DNA of 64,000 nt, from assembly GCF_009914755.1 (NCBI RefSeq), contig NC_060935.1. One strand, 5' to 3'. The translations under genes and the position numbers were made by a program. The notes beneath the pieces are model-generated. The model searched no databases, was not told the DNA's origin, and worked only from the letters and a program-made list of their open reading frames with translations. Position 1 is the first letter of the stretch; every line of letters starts with the position of its first letter. Positions 1-15,380 of the stretch are shown in pieces. The stretch comes from the human T2T-CHM13v2.0 reference genome, Homo sapiens.

Positions 1-483
1 ATGTTTTGGTTGGCAATTAAATTTATTGTTTAAGGTCACAAATATGCAATTCTGACTAGAACAAGTTGTCAGAATTCTTTATTCAGCATAGCACAAAGAT
101 AAATGGCTGTCTTTTAACAATAACATATGAAAGCCAAAATTTGTTCCCAGTTATACATAATCTTTTAATCAGTCTACTGCTTTCTGTTTTCCAGTCAATA
201 GACCCCTTAACCTGCTTCCTCACCATCTTACCTATCTAGATTATGGGTTTTTAAATTACTGCAAAACACTTCATCAGATGGAAAAAGATAAGTTTAAACA
301 TTTTGATGCTATAATTTTCCCATGCACATTTTATCCTTCCATCTGAATTCTTTTGCCTTTACCCCTATTCTGTGTAAGGTAGAAAATTATGTAGTATGTT
401 AGCTAAATTCTATGGTTACATTTCTCACTGTTAACATGACTAGAAAGTAGATCATGTTGCTTAATTGAAATTGAGTTTTTAAG

Positions 484-1325
484 TGTTTTTTTTTCTTCTT
501 AAAAAAACAAAAAACAAAAAACGAGATACATGTGCAGAACATGCAGGTTTGTTACATACGTATACGTGTGCCATGGTGGTTTGCTGCACCTATCGAGCAG
601 TCCTCCAACTTCCCTCCCCTCACTCCCCACACCCCAACAGGCCCTGGTGTGTGTTGTTCCCCTCTCTGTGTCTATGTGTTCTCAATGTTCAACTCCTACT
701 TGTGAGTGACAACATGTAGTATTTGGTTTTCTGTTCCTGTGTTAGTTTGCTGAGGATTATGGCTTCCAGCTTCATCCATGTCCCTGCAAAGGACATGATC
801 TCATTCCTTTTTATGGCTGCAGAGTATTCCATGGTGTATATGTACCACATTTTCTTTATCCATTTGATCATTGATGGGCATTGGGATTGGTTACATGTCT
901 TTGCTATTGTAAATAGTGCTGCAATAAACATAACGTGTGCATGTATCTTTATAGTAGAATGATTTGTATTCCTTTGGGTATATACCCAGTAATGGGATTG
1001 CTAGGTCAAATGGTATTTCTGGTTCCAGATCCTTGAGGAATCGCTATACTGTCTTCCACCATGGTTGAACTAATTTACATTCCCACCAACAGTGTAAAAG
1101 CATTCCTACTTCTCCACAGCCTCACCAGCATCTATTGTTCCCTGACTTTTTAATAATCGCCATTCTTACTGGCATGAGATGGTATCTCATTGTGGTTTTG
1201 ATTTGCATTTCTCTGATGATCATTAATGTTGAGCTTTTTTCATTTGTTTGTTGGCTCCATAAATGTCTTCTTTTGAGAAGTGTCTGTTTTCATATCCTTT
1301 GCCCACTTTTTGATGGGGTTGTTTT
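484..1325 (-). mobile_element. 5'-truncated L1PA 3' fragment (L1PA8A-like): end of ORF2 plus 3' UTR
   Basis: The - strand ORF 689..931 (MFIAALFTIAKTCNQSQCPSMIKWIKKMWYIYTMEY...) is a degenerate L1 ORF2 C-terminus. The L1PA 3' UTR motif gatacatgtgcagaacatgcaggtttgttac is present, with a T-rich tail at 484-500. Subfamily call is from recall. Confidence 0.85.
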
Positions 1326-1504
1326 AAAACATCTCTGGGCATGTGGATTAACTTATTTTCTCAGATTCTGTACTGCATCTAATAAAAATGTATATGATTT
1401 TGATTAAAATAGATTTCTTAAATTTTTATGCATTTCCTTTGTGGCCTTTCATACAGAAGACATAGAGGAATAATTGCCCTGTTATATTTGAGGCCTTACT
1501 CTTT

Positions 1505-1793
<289 letters not shown>

Positions 1794-2892
1794 TAGGCCT
1801 CACTCTTTATCTAAGAATATCCAGTGTCTTTATAGATTTATTCAAGGGATTTTGATAATAAATACTCAAAATCCCTTTGTTTAAGGTGATCATAGCTATA
1901 AAGAAGAACAAAGACACTGAATAACAGCAGCAGAATGTTGTAAAGCCGGCATAGTAATGTCCCCATTTTAAGATCTTGTTTAAATATTTTTTTGCAAATC
2001 TGAGAATCTTTTTTTCTTAACTACCATGTAATTTGAATCTTCCCCAGCTGAAGAGAGTAGACTGTTTCAGGAGGATATATAAGAAAAATACATAACTTTT
2101 AAAGTCAGACAATCCCCTCCAGCCCCCAAATTCTGGAATTCTGACTGCTATTACTTTTGTGACGTAGGTTACTGCATTTTTTGAGCCTCTGTGTAGCAAT
2201 GCAATAGAGAAAAATCTCTATTCATACAGTTTAGTGATATGATTAAATGAGACAACACATATAAAGAGCTGAAAACAGTGCCCAGCTATAGTAAGCACTC
2301 AATAAATACCATTTAGAGTCCTGTCTTTCTGCTCTCCCCTCACCCCAACTCTGTTCTTCATGCTCTGTGATCTGTTCTAATTGGGCTTAATCAGAAATTA
2401 AAACTGTTGAACTAAACTTGAAACCTTTCTGTGCCTGCCAACTGTATATTATGAATACTGTGCATTCACTGATTTAATAGGTAGGGCGAAGTCAGGACCT
2501 TGAATTGATCTATATATAACACCCACCAGGTGTATGTGGTCTTTTTCTTCTCAGCAAATTGGTCCCCTAGGGATTTGTAGAGACTGCTTTACTCCCAGCC
2601 TTCATTTTAAGTCCAGATGGAGCCCTTAGATTTACTTAAGTCTCTCTTCAACCTGCCTATTTGAGAGCTGAGCTCTAAGTAATGTTAATGTGACATAGGA
2701 AGGCATTATCATATTAATCATTTTGTGTAAGGTGACTTACTTCATTGCTTGTTGCTCTTTTGACCATTCATAATGTTCAGATTTTTGCCTTAAGAGTTTC
2801 ATCTTTTAAAACATTATTTTCAGAAAAAAATTGAATAGGTACTTATATCTCAAAATATGTTATTTTATGATTGTAAATTCTTATTGTTTTAG

Positions 2893-2934
2893 GTGCAAGG
2901 ATGGCTTGAAAGGATTTACATTTTCTGCACTTAG
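2893..2934 (+). CDS. TMEM135: TMEM135 internal coding exon (probably exon 7), (R)CKDGLKGFTFSAL(R)
   Basis: ttgttttag|G...CTTAG|gtaaga; 42 nt, phase 2-2. The peptide matches the TMEM135 protein as I recall it and joins the next exon in frame. Confidence 0.93.
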   Translation: MQGWLERIYIFCT

Positions 2935-5617
2935 GTAAGAAACATTTATTTTTATGTTGAGAGAGAATTTACAAGTTAACTTAAAAAATTATACATAATT
3001 ACAATAAATAGGTATTGACTAAGCATTTAAACTGAAAATAATTTTAGAATTCACAAAAGTATTTCCAAGCCTGCGGATAAATAGCTCATTGAAAGAGTAA
3101 TTTGTCAGATTTTTCTCTCTAAAAATTAATCAACGACTTCTTTTGGACCTGTTGTGTGCTTTCTACTGTGGGGTATTTGAAAAGAAATACAAGAACTCAC
3201 TTCAGGGAGCTTGGAAAGACAGAGCTGCTCATGAACAATTACTGAAAAGTTAAGTATTTAATTGTGTGGTACTAGATTATGGGTTTGCTTTAGGGCAGGA
3301 CTCATGTACTGTCAAACACAGATTCGATTTTAAGTATCACTAGAGTCTTTTCACCTCATAGCCCATCTTTTAGCATAGCAATTGGCACATAGTATATACT
3401 GTAGAAATGTTCGTTAGCATTAGCATTATATTTTATAGTTCACCAAGAATTTTCTCATAGATTAGAAAATTAAATTTTTGCAACAGTTCTGTGAGATGTA
3501 ACATGATGAGAAAACTGAGGCTTAGAATATTTGACTAATTTAACATCACACAAGTTAACTATATATACTGACTCCATACCCAGTGTTTGTCTAGTTTATA
3601 TCATAAATGTTGCCTGTTTTGTAATCCAAAGGACATATAGTAGATGCTTGGTGAAGATCAGTAGTATGGTTTTTACTGCAAATATTGAAGGGAAAAATTA
3701 GGGAAAGCTTCAGTACTAGCAAAAGTTTTTACCTAATTGTCTCAAGGTTATTTTGAGGATCAAATGAGTTAATATGTGAAAAATATTTCAAACAGTGGCT
3801 GGCATGGAGTAAATACTCCAGAAATGTTGGATATTATTTTTGTTATATTCTCATAGATGATGTGCCTTAAACTGTACTTTAAGGATAGCTTTCGATAACT
3901 ACAGGGAAGAGGAAGTGCACTCTGGGTGGAAGTGAATAATAGTAGCAAGAGAGTGAAAATTGTAAAAATGAAGTGTGAGGTAACAGTGAGAAAATGGCAT
4001 GAAAAGTTTATATTAGGGAATATAAAATATTTTTTGATATGTAGAGTAGGGCCAGATTATGGAAGACCTAGGGGAGAAAAAAGACAAACTTGGATTGGAT
4101 AAGGTCAGCAGTAGGGAGCTACTAATGCTTTTTGAGCAGGGTGGTTGACATTGTTTCAGAAAGATTGGTCTGGCCGCAGTATTTGAGACACTGAAAAAGA
4201 GAGAACCAGAAGGTGGAAAGACAATAAAGACTAGAATTTGGGTGATAGTGGGAGGATTAAAGAGAAGGAGAAAAAGTTAAGACTTGTAATGAGTGAAAAT
4301 GAGGACTGATATTTTCCTTCTTTCTCTTCCCCTCCACCCTGCAATCCCAGCCACGTATTGAAAACCAAAGTGCCTGAAAGAAGGTGCTATTAACAGAAAA
4401 TCACATGGCATGCAAGGAAACTGGTTTGGGAGGGAACAAATGGAGTCTACTGTATGATAAGAATGTCTTTGGTTGTGAGAACTCTGTGGGAACAATAACT
4501 TTCTAAGTCATAATACACAACACTAATTACTGTTATTTTTCAGTAAAAGATCATGAAATTTATTAGAAAATAAAGATTTTCTTATTGTTGTTGCATTGGC
4601 TAGAAAGCATTTGGTATTAAGTTTAAAGGTGATAACAAAAACAAAAGTTAGGTTTTCAAAAGAGAAGGAAAAACTTAGTCTTGTTTTCCTACATCTCCTT
4701 AGACTCCCAGAATTCTTGCAAAAACTTAAAATGTGTCAGATGGTTTTGTATCTTTTCTTCAAATCTACTTTTAACAGAGGGCTAGTTTGGACTATTTGCA
4801 CTTAAAGTTTCTCTGTATTATAGAAAAATATTCCAGAAAAAATGTTTGTTAATTCTTGCTAATATTCTTGTTGCTAAAGCAAGACAATTGTTAACTATTG
4901 TGAATGGTCATGTTTATTTGTGCATCTCCTTCCACTAAGCAAATTCAGTTTCGTAATCAATCTGCAGTGTGGTGAATTTGGATTCAAGAAATGTGGCTAT
5001 TTCTTGCATTTATATGGTGAATATGGACTCACCACATTGCAGATGAATTAATCTCAAACTTATAAAGTTGATTCTCAGAAGAATGTTACTAAAAGCCAAA
5101 TATATTTTTTATTGTCAAGTTTCATTGTAAAAAAATAATGTGAATTAATATGTGTGCTTCTTGTAGGCTTTCAAAAAGTATTATCTGACATGTCTTTCCT
5201 GCTACCTCTTTGCAGTCCTGGCGGTCGTGATTTTTATTGTAGATGTATGCTGTAAATTTATAGCAAGTCAAAAGTGCAAAATTTAATATTAATTACAAAG
5301 GGAAGGGGAAAGGAAAATGCTTTTTGCAGCACAATTTAATACGAGCTCCTGACAATATTAAACTTTGGTGAGGAAAGGATACTCAGAGCTTGATACATTT
5401 GAGAATGGTGAGATTGAAAGGAATACAATCATAAAATGGCTTAAGGAAGTGCTTATCTCATACAGATCATAATTGCTGTATCATGAAAACATACATTGTT
5501 CTCTCAGAGGAAAACTGTCCTTTATCCATAAAGGACAAATATTTACAAAGTACTCCAGTTTAATGTGTCCTAATTAGACAAAGGCTAAAAAGCTTTAAAA
5601 TATTAAATTTTCCTTCA

Positions 5618-6249
<632 letters not shown>

Positions 6250-6277
6250 TCAGTTTAGCACCTTTTTAAAAATCACT

Positions 6278-6646
6278 TGTATTAGTCTGTTCTCACACTG
6301 CTATAAAGATACTACTCAAGACTGGTTAGTGTATAAACAAAAGAGGTTTAATTGACTCACAGTTCCTTATGGCTAGGGAGGCCTCAGGAAACTTACAATC
6401 ATGGCAGAAGGCCAAGAGGAAGCAGGCTTCTTCTTCACAAGGTGGCAGGAGAGGGAGAGAGCTAGAGTGAGGGAGTGCCACACTTTAAAACCATTAGCTC
6501 TCCTGAGAACTAATTCACTATCATGAGAACAGCATGGGGGAAACTGACCCCATGATCCAATCACCCCCACCAGGTCCCTCCCTCAACATGTGAGGATTAC
6601 AACTCGAGATGAGATTTGGGTGGGAACACAGAGCCAAACCATATCA
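6278..6646 (-). mobile_element. MaLR solo LTR (MSTA-like)
   Basis: TGTATTAGTCTGTTCTCACACTGCTATAAAG...GAGCCAAACCATATCA with TG..CA ends; 5-bp TSD-like tcact/gcact. Confidence 0.88.
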
Positions 6647-7539
6647 GCACTCCTCAACAAGTGTGAGATAATACAGGAGGTACAAAGCTAACATTCACTG
6701 ATAGATATACTTAGTGTACATTTATTCTGCCCCAGGTCTTGTACTAAGTATTAAGAATACACTCGGGAATGAGCCAGATATAGTCTCTGTTCTCAGAGAG
6801 CTTATGGTCTAGTGGGGAAGACAGCATTAATTTTAACTGTGCTGAAATGTTGCAAAAGAGAAGTGTAGGTTATCTCAGGAATATATTTTAGGCAAACCTT
6901 ACCTAGCGTCTTTCCCCAAGCTGTGGATAGGAGTAAATGAAGAGAAGAAAGCAGGAAATTTGCACAAAATTACTTATAGACTAGAAGAACCCAAATGTAA
7001 TAATAGAAGTTAAGTGTTCTATAATTCACAAATTATTAATACTTTTATTTTCTGGTGGGGGCGAGTGGGAATGAGAGAGTGGAAGGAGCATTTAAGATGA
7101 ATTTTAAAAGACAAATAAGATTTTTAGTAAAGATGTAGGGAAGAATGATCCAGATAAGAAGAGCAATACAGACGCATGGTTTATTTGGAGAATGTCAAAT
7201 AGTTCATTTAATTGTAATATAATAATAGCTTCTATAGTGAGCACTCACTCTGCACCAGATACTGATTTAAGCTTGAAAAGTTTGTATTTAATTCAGTAGG
7301 CCATAAGCCCATGAAGTTCTTTGAGGATATGTGTAGTCAGTTCAGATACGCACTTTGGGAAGCTTCCTCTGGAAACTGTATGTAGGATGATTTGAAAATT
7401 ATCTGTGTATATAGATAACAGTAGAAGTCAAAAGAATAGTGTCAAGAACACAACCACGGGAGAAAAGCCAGTGTGAGACTCTGAAGGTGCGCTAGCCTTA
7501 TTCATCATAGTTTAAAACATAGTTAGAAATATATGTAGC

Positions 7540-8020
7540 TTAGTGTTTAAGAAGCCAAACTTTAGGCCAGACAATTCTGGGTTCAAATAATTACTGATAA
7601 TTTATTGGTTGTGGACAAGATACTTAACCATGCCAACTCTCGTGGGAATTGTGACACCTATAGTATTGTTGTGAGGATTACATGAATTAATTATATTTGT
7701 AAAAGGCTCAGTTGGCACTGTGCCTGTCGTATAAGATATGCTCAGAAAATTCTAGCTATTACTATGTTCATTCATTCATTCATTCAATATGTATTAAATA
7801 TTTACCATGTGCCAGACACTATGCTAGATGCTGGGATATAACAGCAAAGAAGATATACATGGTCTCACAGGCCTCACAGTTGAGTAGGGGATGTAGTCTA
7901 CTAAAATGGCACGTACATTACTGTACTGGCAGTTCATTGGGCTCTCCTAGCACAGAAGAAAGATCATCCCCTTATTCTGGCCTGGGACAGGGCCAGCTTC
8001 TCCAAGGAAGTGACCTCTAA
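7540..8020 (+). mobile_element. Degenerate MIR followed by an L2 3' fragment
   Basis: MIR core (ctgggttcaaat...gttgtgaggatta...tggcac), then an L2 end (ttcattcattcattcaa...tgtgccagacact). Boundaries approximate. Confidence 0.6.
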
Positions 8021-8374
8021 TCTGAAACAGTAAATCCTGTAAATGAACAGTAAATGAAAGGTGTAAGAGAAACTGTTCTATCTGTTCTGGCATAGTTTTA
8101 CCCTTGTTGCTGATAAAGAACAGCAGTGCAGATCTTAAACTCTCTATGTACACCCGTAAGTAAGAAACAAATTCATTTGAACTGACAGCTACCAAAGATT
8201 CACAGCTGCCATCTGGTGACAAACAAAACCCTTGCACACCCCTTATGATTTGATAAGCTAGATGTTTTACCAAGGTTGTCTGAACAGGATGAGTTGCAGT
8301 TGTTGGTAGTAACAGCTTTTTCTTTCTAAGTATTTACACTTTCATATTCTGTTTGTCACAGGTCTCAAGTTACA

Positions 8375-8668
8375 TTTTTTTTTTTTAAAGAGACAGGGTC
8401 ATACTGTATTGCCTAGGCTGAAGTGCAGTGGCATGATCATAGCCCACTGTAGCCTTTAATTCCTAAGCTCAAGCAATCCTCCCACGTCAGCCTCCCAAGT
8501 AGCTGGGACTACAGGCGTACACCACCATGCCCAGCTGATTTTTAATTTTTTTGTTAAGGTGGGGTCTCACTTTGGTGACCAGGCTGTTCTTGAACTCCTG
8601 GCCACAAGTGATTGTCCTGCCTTGACTCCCATAGTGCCAGGGTTACAGCAGGAGCCACTATGCCTGGC
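8375..8668 (-). mobile_element. Alu (AluJ)
   Basis: Antisense Alu with J-type features (gagacagggtc, ctcaagcaatcctccc); TSD-like tcaagttaca/tcaagttcca. Confidence 0.9.
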
Positions 8669-9378
8669 TCAAGTTCCAGACTTTTAGTGTATTGTTATTG
8701 ATCCCGTTCTATCTGTATTTTACTATATTTTCGGAAAGCTTGGAAGGTAGTATTGCCTTGGGAAAGCTTAGTTATTCTTTATAAGGGCAATGACTCTTAC
8801 AGGATAGGTGTAAACAGTGATACTGCAAACTCTGAGAAAGGATACTTCTTGAGGGATATCTAATTGTGATAATATTTTCCATTCATCGTCTTTGGAAAAA
8901 TATAATCTAGTTTTGTTGAAATAGGAATATTATTTTCTAGATATTTTATTTTTCCAAAGAAAAATAAGTAGATTAGAATAACATCAGCTTTCAGATTTTC
9001 TAATGAAATAATATGAGGACTTGGGGAATCCTGACTGTTTTCTGATTCCTGGTCTGTACTGTCCTGTGTTTCCCTGTGTGAATACAGATGACCTAGTGTG
9101 CTGCAGCTGTTTATGACTCAGTGTCCCAAGTTAAAGGGTGCTTCATTAAGTGTTGTGCTGTATTTTACTTGGTCAGTTTGATTTTTAAATACCTGCATTA
9201 TCAAACAAATGACTATTAATTTTTTTTGAGTATTCAGATTTTGAAAGTCTATTTTTCTTCATAGGATGATTTGATTTTATGTAAATTGTGAAAATACTAT
9301 CTCAAATGATAAAATACTTGCCAAAGCGTATTTGTTTATAAACAAAGTCTTTTTTTTTTCCTCATTGACTATTTTTAA

Positions 9379-9561
<183 letters not shown>

Positions 9562-10199
9562 TGAGCTCTTTATCTTGATATTTTAACCTGCTTTGTCACT
9601 GTTTCATATGATATTTGTACCATGCCAAGGTTATTTTTGTTTTCTATTCAGGTAATGATGATCATTTTTCACCAGAAACTGTGCATAGAATTTTATAAAA
9701 GGCACACAATGGCAAGTGAATATTATTTATTATTTCTGGCAGGACTGTAGACCAGCATATGCCTTTAAAAGAGGTTTGCATAAAATTGGAATACTTTTGT
9801 ATTTCAAACCAGGCAGAATTACAGGAGGCTATGATGGAGAACTTCAGGAAACTGATTACTATGTGTTGATTTAATATGCCAAGTATGGAAAGAAGGAAGC
9901 AAAATTCCTGAGAGAGATTGAAGAAGATTAAGGAATAATAAGGGATAACCCTTAAGTAAAGGATATTTTGTAAGAGTGAAAATTTTTGGGGTTCTCAAAC
10001 TGAAATGTTTTTATTTGTATATTATAAAAAGAAGCTATCATGTTTCATACAAATTTTCATTTATATTTCTAGGATAGATACTTAAGAAAATAAATTTAAT
10101 AGTTTGAAATTAGATTATCAACCAATAAAATCTTGGTAGTGATATTTTAGAGAGGGTGGAATGAGTAGGCAATAAAGAAAGTTAGGGGATCAATTATAG

Positions 10200-10542
10200 C
10201 AAGGGTCCTGAACCTCTGGGCCATGGACCAGTACTGGTCCGAGGCCTGTTAGGAACCTGGCCACACAGCAGGAGGTGAGCAGCAGGCCAGTGAGCATTAC
10301 CGTTTGAACTCTGCCTCCTGTCACATCAGCAGTGGCATTAGATTCTCATAGGAGCACAAACCCCATTGTGAACTGCGCGTACAAGGGATCTAAGTTGCGT
10401 GCTTCTTATGAGCATCTAATGCCTGATGATGTGGGGTGGAACAGTTTCATCCTAAACCACCCCCCTCTCCAGCCACCCAGTCAGTGGAAAAATTCTCTTC
10501 CGTGAAACCGGTCCCTGGTGCCAAAAAGGTTGGGGACCATTG
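10200..10542 (+). mobile_element. MER1B (hAT-Charlie non-autonomous DNA transposon)
   Basis: CA(a)GGGTCC...GGTGCCAAAAAGGTTGGGGACC.TG termini; perfect 8-bp TSD AATTATAG at 10192-10199 and 10543-10550. Confidence 0.9.
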
Positions 10543-11206
10543 AATTATAGGAAGCTGAGGTCCTTTAATAAATTAGAAAACCTATGTTTCACTCTTATTT
10601 TCCCTCTGCCAGCATTGTAACTTTGGACGAGAGATTTAACCATTATGCATTTCCAAGTTCTTATCTGTTAACTGGGGTTAATAATCTCTATTAAGAATTG
10701 CTGTGAGCATTAAATGAGATAACATTTATGAACTTGCCTGACATAAAATGTTAGCACAGGGAGCGTACTCAAATTTTTATTGAATTTAAAGATTTTGTCT
10801 TCATCTTAACAAATAATACATCTAGAAGATAACAGGAATAATTATGGTAGTTGAATTTATTAAACAAGTTCAAAAATAATTTTGGGTTACCTCAGTGGAG
10901 AAAAGGGAGAAAGGACCCTATTAATGGAAATAATTTCAACAGTAATCAGAGGGGAATGCAGAGAATGAATTATATGGGTGAATGATGCCTTGGGCGTCAG
11001 AACTGATCAGGTCATGACAGAACGTATCATAGTAGCCTCAGTGGATCTTCTGGTATGAAAGTGGATGCAGAATACTACAGAAGCAAAGCAAATAATACAA
11101 GAGACAGGCATTCCAGGTGCTGGGAAGCCATTTATGAGTGACTAAGAAAGACTAATTGACAGTACGGTTGATATCAGGATTTAACTTCACTAGCAAAGAA
11201 AATTTA

Positions 11207-11511
11207 GGCCAGGCATGGTGGCTCACACCTGTAAAACTAACACTTTGGGAGACTGAGGTAGGAGAATCACTTGAGGCCAGGAGTTTGAGACCAGCCTAGG
11301 CAACATAGCAAGACCCTGCCTCTAAAAAAAATTTAAAAATTAGCTAGGATTGATGGCATGTGCCTGTAGTCCTAGCTACGCAGGAGGCTGAGGTGGGAGG
11401 ATTGCTTGAGTCTAGGAGCTCAAGGCTGCGGTGATCTATGATCATTATGATCATGCCAATGCACTCCAGCTTGGGTGACAGAGTGACACCCCCATCACTT
11501 AGAAAAAAAAA
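11207..11511 (+). mobile_element. Alu (AluJ)
   Basis: Full Alu dimer with J-type features (ggaggattgcttgag, aaggctgcggtg). Confidence 0.9.
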
Positions 11512-12596
11512 GGAAACTTAACAAATTTCAGTGTAGTTCTGGTAGCAGTGGTTGAGAAATATCTTTGAAGTGGACACTTAGAAGTGTGAAGAGTGATGGC
11601 TTGCCTGAGGCAGCCTTTCTCTTATTCACTGCTTGTCAGGTCTCCAGCTTTAATCACTCAACAGCTTCACATGGCCAGATATGCCTTAGCATTCTAAAGA
11701 TATAAGGGCTGTGGCCAGTGTGAACTGAACTGTTGCTGTCACCCTTGACTAGGAAAGGCTGTATGCTCCAGCTGTAGTGCAGAATTGGATTTCTGTAAAG
11801 GTCTTGCTAATCAATTTGCGAATGGGATTGGAGAAGTGCAGAGCCAGAACATTGCTCTGCAAGTTATTGTTATAAACAGGAAAACATTCATGTGGTTCAA
11901 CCATGAAAATAATTAATTAGCTACAATCTGAAAGAAGTTATAAAGACCGCTTATTTTGGAACATGAACCCTCAAAGAGAGAGAGAGCTAGACCCATGTTA
12001 GATATTCTGCTTACTTTTTTATGCCTAAGGTGAATAAATAGTCTTGGATTTAACATGCTAAACCACTAAAATGAGTGCATCCTGAACAGTAGTCCTCCCA
12101 GCAGAAATATTTATTAAACACTGGAGGGTTAAGTGGTTTACAATTAAATCACAAATTAGCTACTTTTGAATTACCACATGATCTCTATTTCTATATTTAT
12201 TTCAACTGAATTTTGAATTCTAATACTATATCATGTTTCTTTTCCAGATGTTTTCTCTCAAATCTAATTAAGTATAAATTCCTGTAACCTGAGCATGTTC
12301 TCATTATGACTTTTGCTCAAGTACTGACTTCATGGATGATTTATTACCAATATACTCTACAATAAGCAATTTAAGGTTTCCAAAAGACTTGGCAGAGTAT
12401 ATATATAATATATACATATTTTTTCATATTTAACCACAAATAACAGTGTGGTTTCTCCAGTCCGTATTCAAGTATTTTGACTGCAGTCACATAGTTTATA
12501 CAATGTGTCAAATGGTAAGCAGCAAGTAGAAAAAGCAAAAATATATGTTGTTCTTGCTTCTGTATCTCCTAAAGCACCAAAAGTGACACACATTTA

Positions 12597-12968
<372 letters not shown>

Positions 12969-13027
12969 TTAAACAGATCCACAAACATGTACAAACACAT
13001 GGATATACACACTTTAATTATAATTAG

Positions 13028-13132
<105 letters not shown>

Positions 13133-13833
13133 TGAAAGTATGTACTTTATTAACAGTAGGGAATGGGTATAGAAATTATTTATTTATTTAGAAATAATTT
13201 AAAAATAAATGGAAAAGTTGACATTAATAAATGCTATCATTCTTTGAATTTGACTTCAAGAGTGAGAAATTTATGACAATAGGTGACGATTTAGCTTTTA
13301 GTATTCACTTACCAGATCCTTAAATAATTTAAAAAATTAGCTTGTTTAAAAATTGGCTTAATTAAAACTTATGATATAGAAGATAAGATGGGATAACAAC
13401 AAGGAAACATAAAGTCATTAAAATTTGTACTTTGTAATGTATCCTCATTAGAACTACATCTTAGAACAAGACTCTGACTCCCAGACTGTGCTGTGTGCTA
13501 GCTGGATCAGCACTCACACACATACACTGTATGCACTGTGCCAAGTCTGTTACAATGGCATTTAATTTTGGACTTGTAAAACTATTACTTTTTTTTTTAA
13601 GCCATTGAGATAACTGGAGCATGTCCACAGTTGCTCTGCATTAAGAGAGCTAACTATGCCTGGCATAAATTCTTGACTCCCTAGTGGACTTGAGTACTAG
13701 TGTGTCTCTTCCTCTTCCCCTGCTGTTGTGTTGTCCCTCCTCCCTTCCCCCATCACCACCACTTCTGAGAAGAAAGTTATTTTCTTTGCAGTCAGCATGG
13801 CACAGGTGGCACCACCTGCTGCAAGTTCTTTAG

Positions 13834-14136
13834 TTTTTTTTTCTTTTTTTGTTAAAGACAGAGTCTCGCTCAGCCACCCAGGCTGGAGTGCAGTGGCACT
13901 ATCTCAGCTCACTGCAACCACCATCTCCTAGGTTCAAGCACTTCTCCCATCTCATCCTCCTGAGTAGCTGGGATGATTGCAGGCACCCATCATCATGCCT
14001 GGCTAATTTTTGTGTTTTAGTAGAGGCAGGGTTTCACCATGTTGGCCAGGCTGGTCTTGAACTCTTGACCTTAGGGGATCTGCCTGCCTTGACCTCCCAA
14101 CACTAGGATTACAGGTGTGAACCACCGCGCCCGGCC
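13834..14136 (-). mobile_element. Alu (AluS)
   Basis: Antisense Alu; TSD-like aagttc(c)ttta on both sides. Confidence 0.92.
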
Positions 14137-14999
14137 AAGTTCCTTTATTTTGAATGGTGCTCTAACAGTTCCAATGCTGTAGAAAGTTTATGTTCTTCTT
14201 GCAATTTTAGTCTCTACTCAGTTGATGATGAGAAGAACAGAGTTGTGCAGCACCCCAAAAGACAGCCCCTTGGTGGTTACTCTAGAAAGGAGGAACTGTC
14301 CCACATTAGTGCTCATGAAGGTAAACATCTATGGCCCAGTGTTGACAGTGCCGTTAGCCCAGCCCACACTTAGCTTCACAATTCCCCAAAATGACCAAGG
14401 ATAAAATAGTAGGGTTTTGTTTTGTTTTGTTCCTCAGTTGTGCAATACTTTCTGACACTCTTTCCAAATTTGATTTCCTGCCTCAGTTTAAAGTGGCCAA
14501 AAAAAAAAAAAAAAGTAACATTGCTGGCAGTCCAAGTCAGCTGATAACCTGGATTTATTATTCCTTCCAACTGAACATGATTGTAGTTCAAAGGAAAACT
14601 TTAGATGGGAAACTAAGAGGAGTATTTGGATTAAATCAGAGGTATTTGAGAAATTTGGCGTGGGGAAGGTGATATTAAAAAAATTGTATGAGAAAGTTAG
14701 TGAGAATTTCCAAGCAATAAAAAACTAGTGATTCTTTCAAATGTGTACCAGTACTGTAAACTTGGCAATTTATGTATACATTGGAATGCCGTATTATATC
14801 CATGAATGTAAAACTATTGGAGACCTGTGGGTGAGGAATTTAAACCATAAACATGGTAGTGAAATTTTTTGACAATGGACCTCATTATTTTACAAACTTA
14901 ATTACACCATATGTTAAATCACATCCCTGAATAAATACTCATATTAATTACATTGTCCTCAACATTCTGTACTCCATTCACACTAACTTTTTCTTGGTT

Positions 15000-15380
15000 C
15001 CTTATACCTGCCAGCCTCTTAATTGGCTTTATGTTTTCTGTCTGAGCTGTCTGAAATGTTTTTCTCATTCTAGCTTCTTCTCTTTTGGGTCTATTTAAAT
15101 GTCATATCATTTACATGTCTGCCCTTAACATTTAATCTAATATAGATTGCCCTGTTAATGTCTATCCTAGTGTCTTGATTACTTCCTTCCTAACATTTAT
15201 TATAATCTTTTGTATTTGTTTACTTAGTTGTTTTCTTTTCCAGTAATGAGCATGAAAGCTCCACAAAGGCAAGAACTCTGTGCCCTCCTCATCACTGTTA
15301 TCCCCAGCATCTAGTGTAATGTTTGGCAGATAACAGGCATTCAGCAAATATTTTCTAAGTACATTAATGGGTGGATGAAT
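15000..15380 (-). mobile_element. L2 3' fragment
   Basis: aagctccacaaaggcaagaactctgt...cccagcatctag...aggcattcagcaaatatt, a typical L2 terminus. Boundaries approximate. Confidence 0.6.

Noticed and set aside
501-522. A-rich tract opposite to the L1 T tail, suggesting an inversion or second insertion
   Set aside because: As I recall, an internal T-run just before the tail is a normal feature of L1PA8A-type 3' ends; simple expansion explains it.
14740-14872. Short coding-looking stretch (…YIHECKTIGDLWVRN…) in an intron
   Set aside because: No convincing splice sites, it is not needed for the TMEM135 frame, and I could not assign it to any family.
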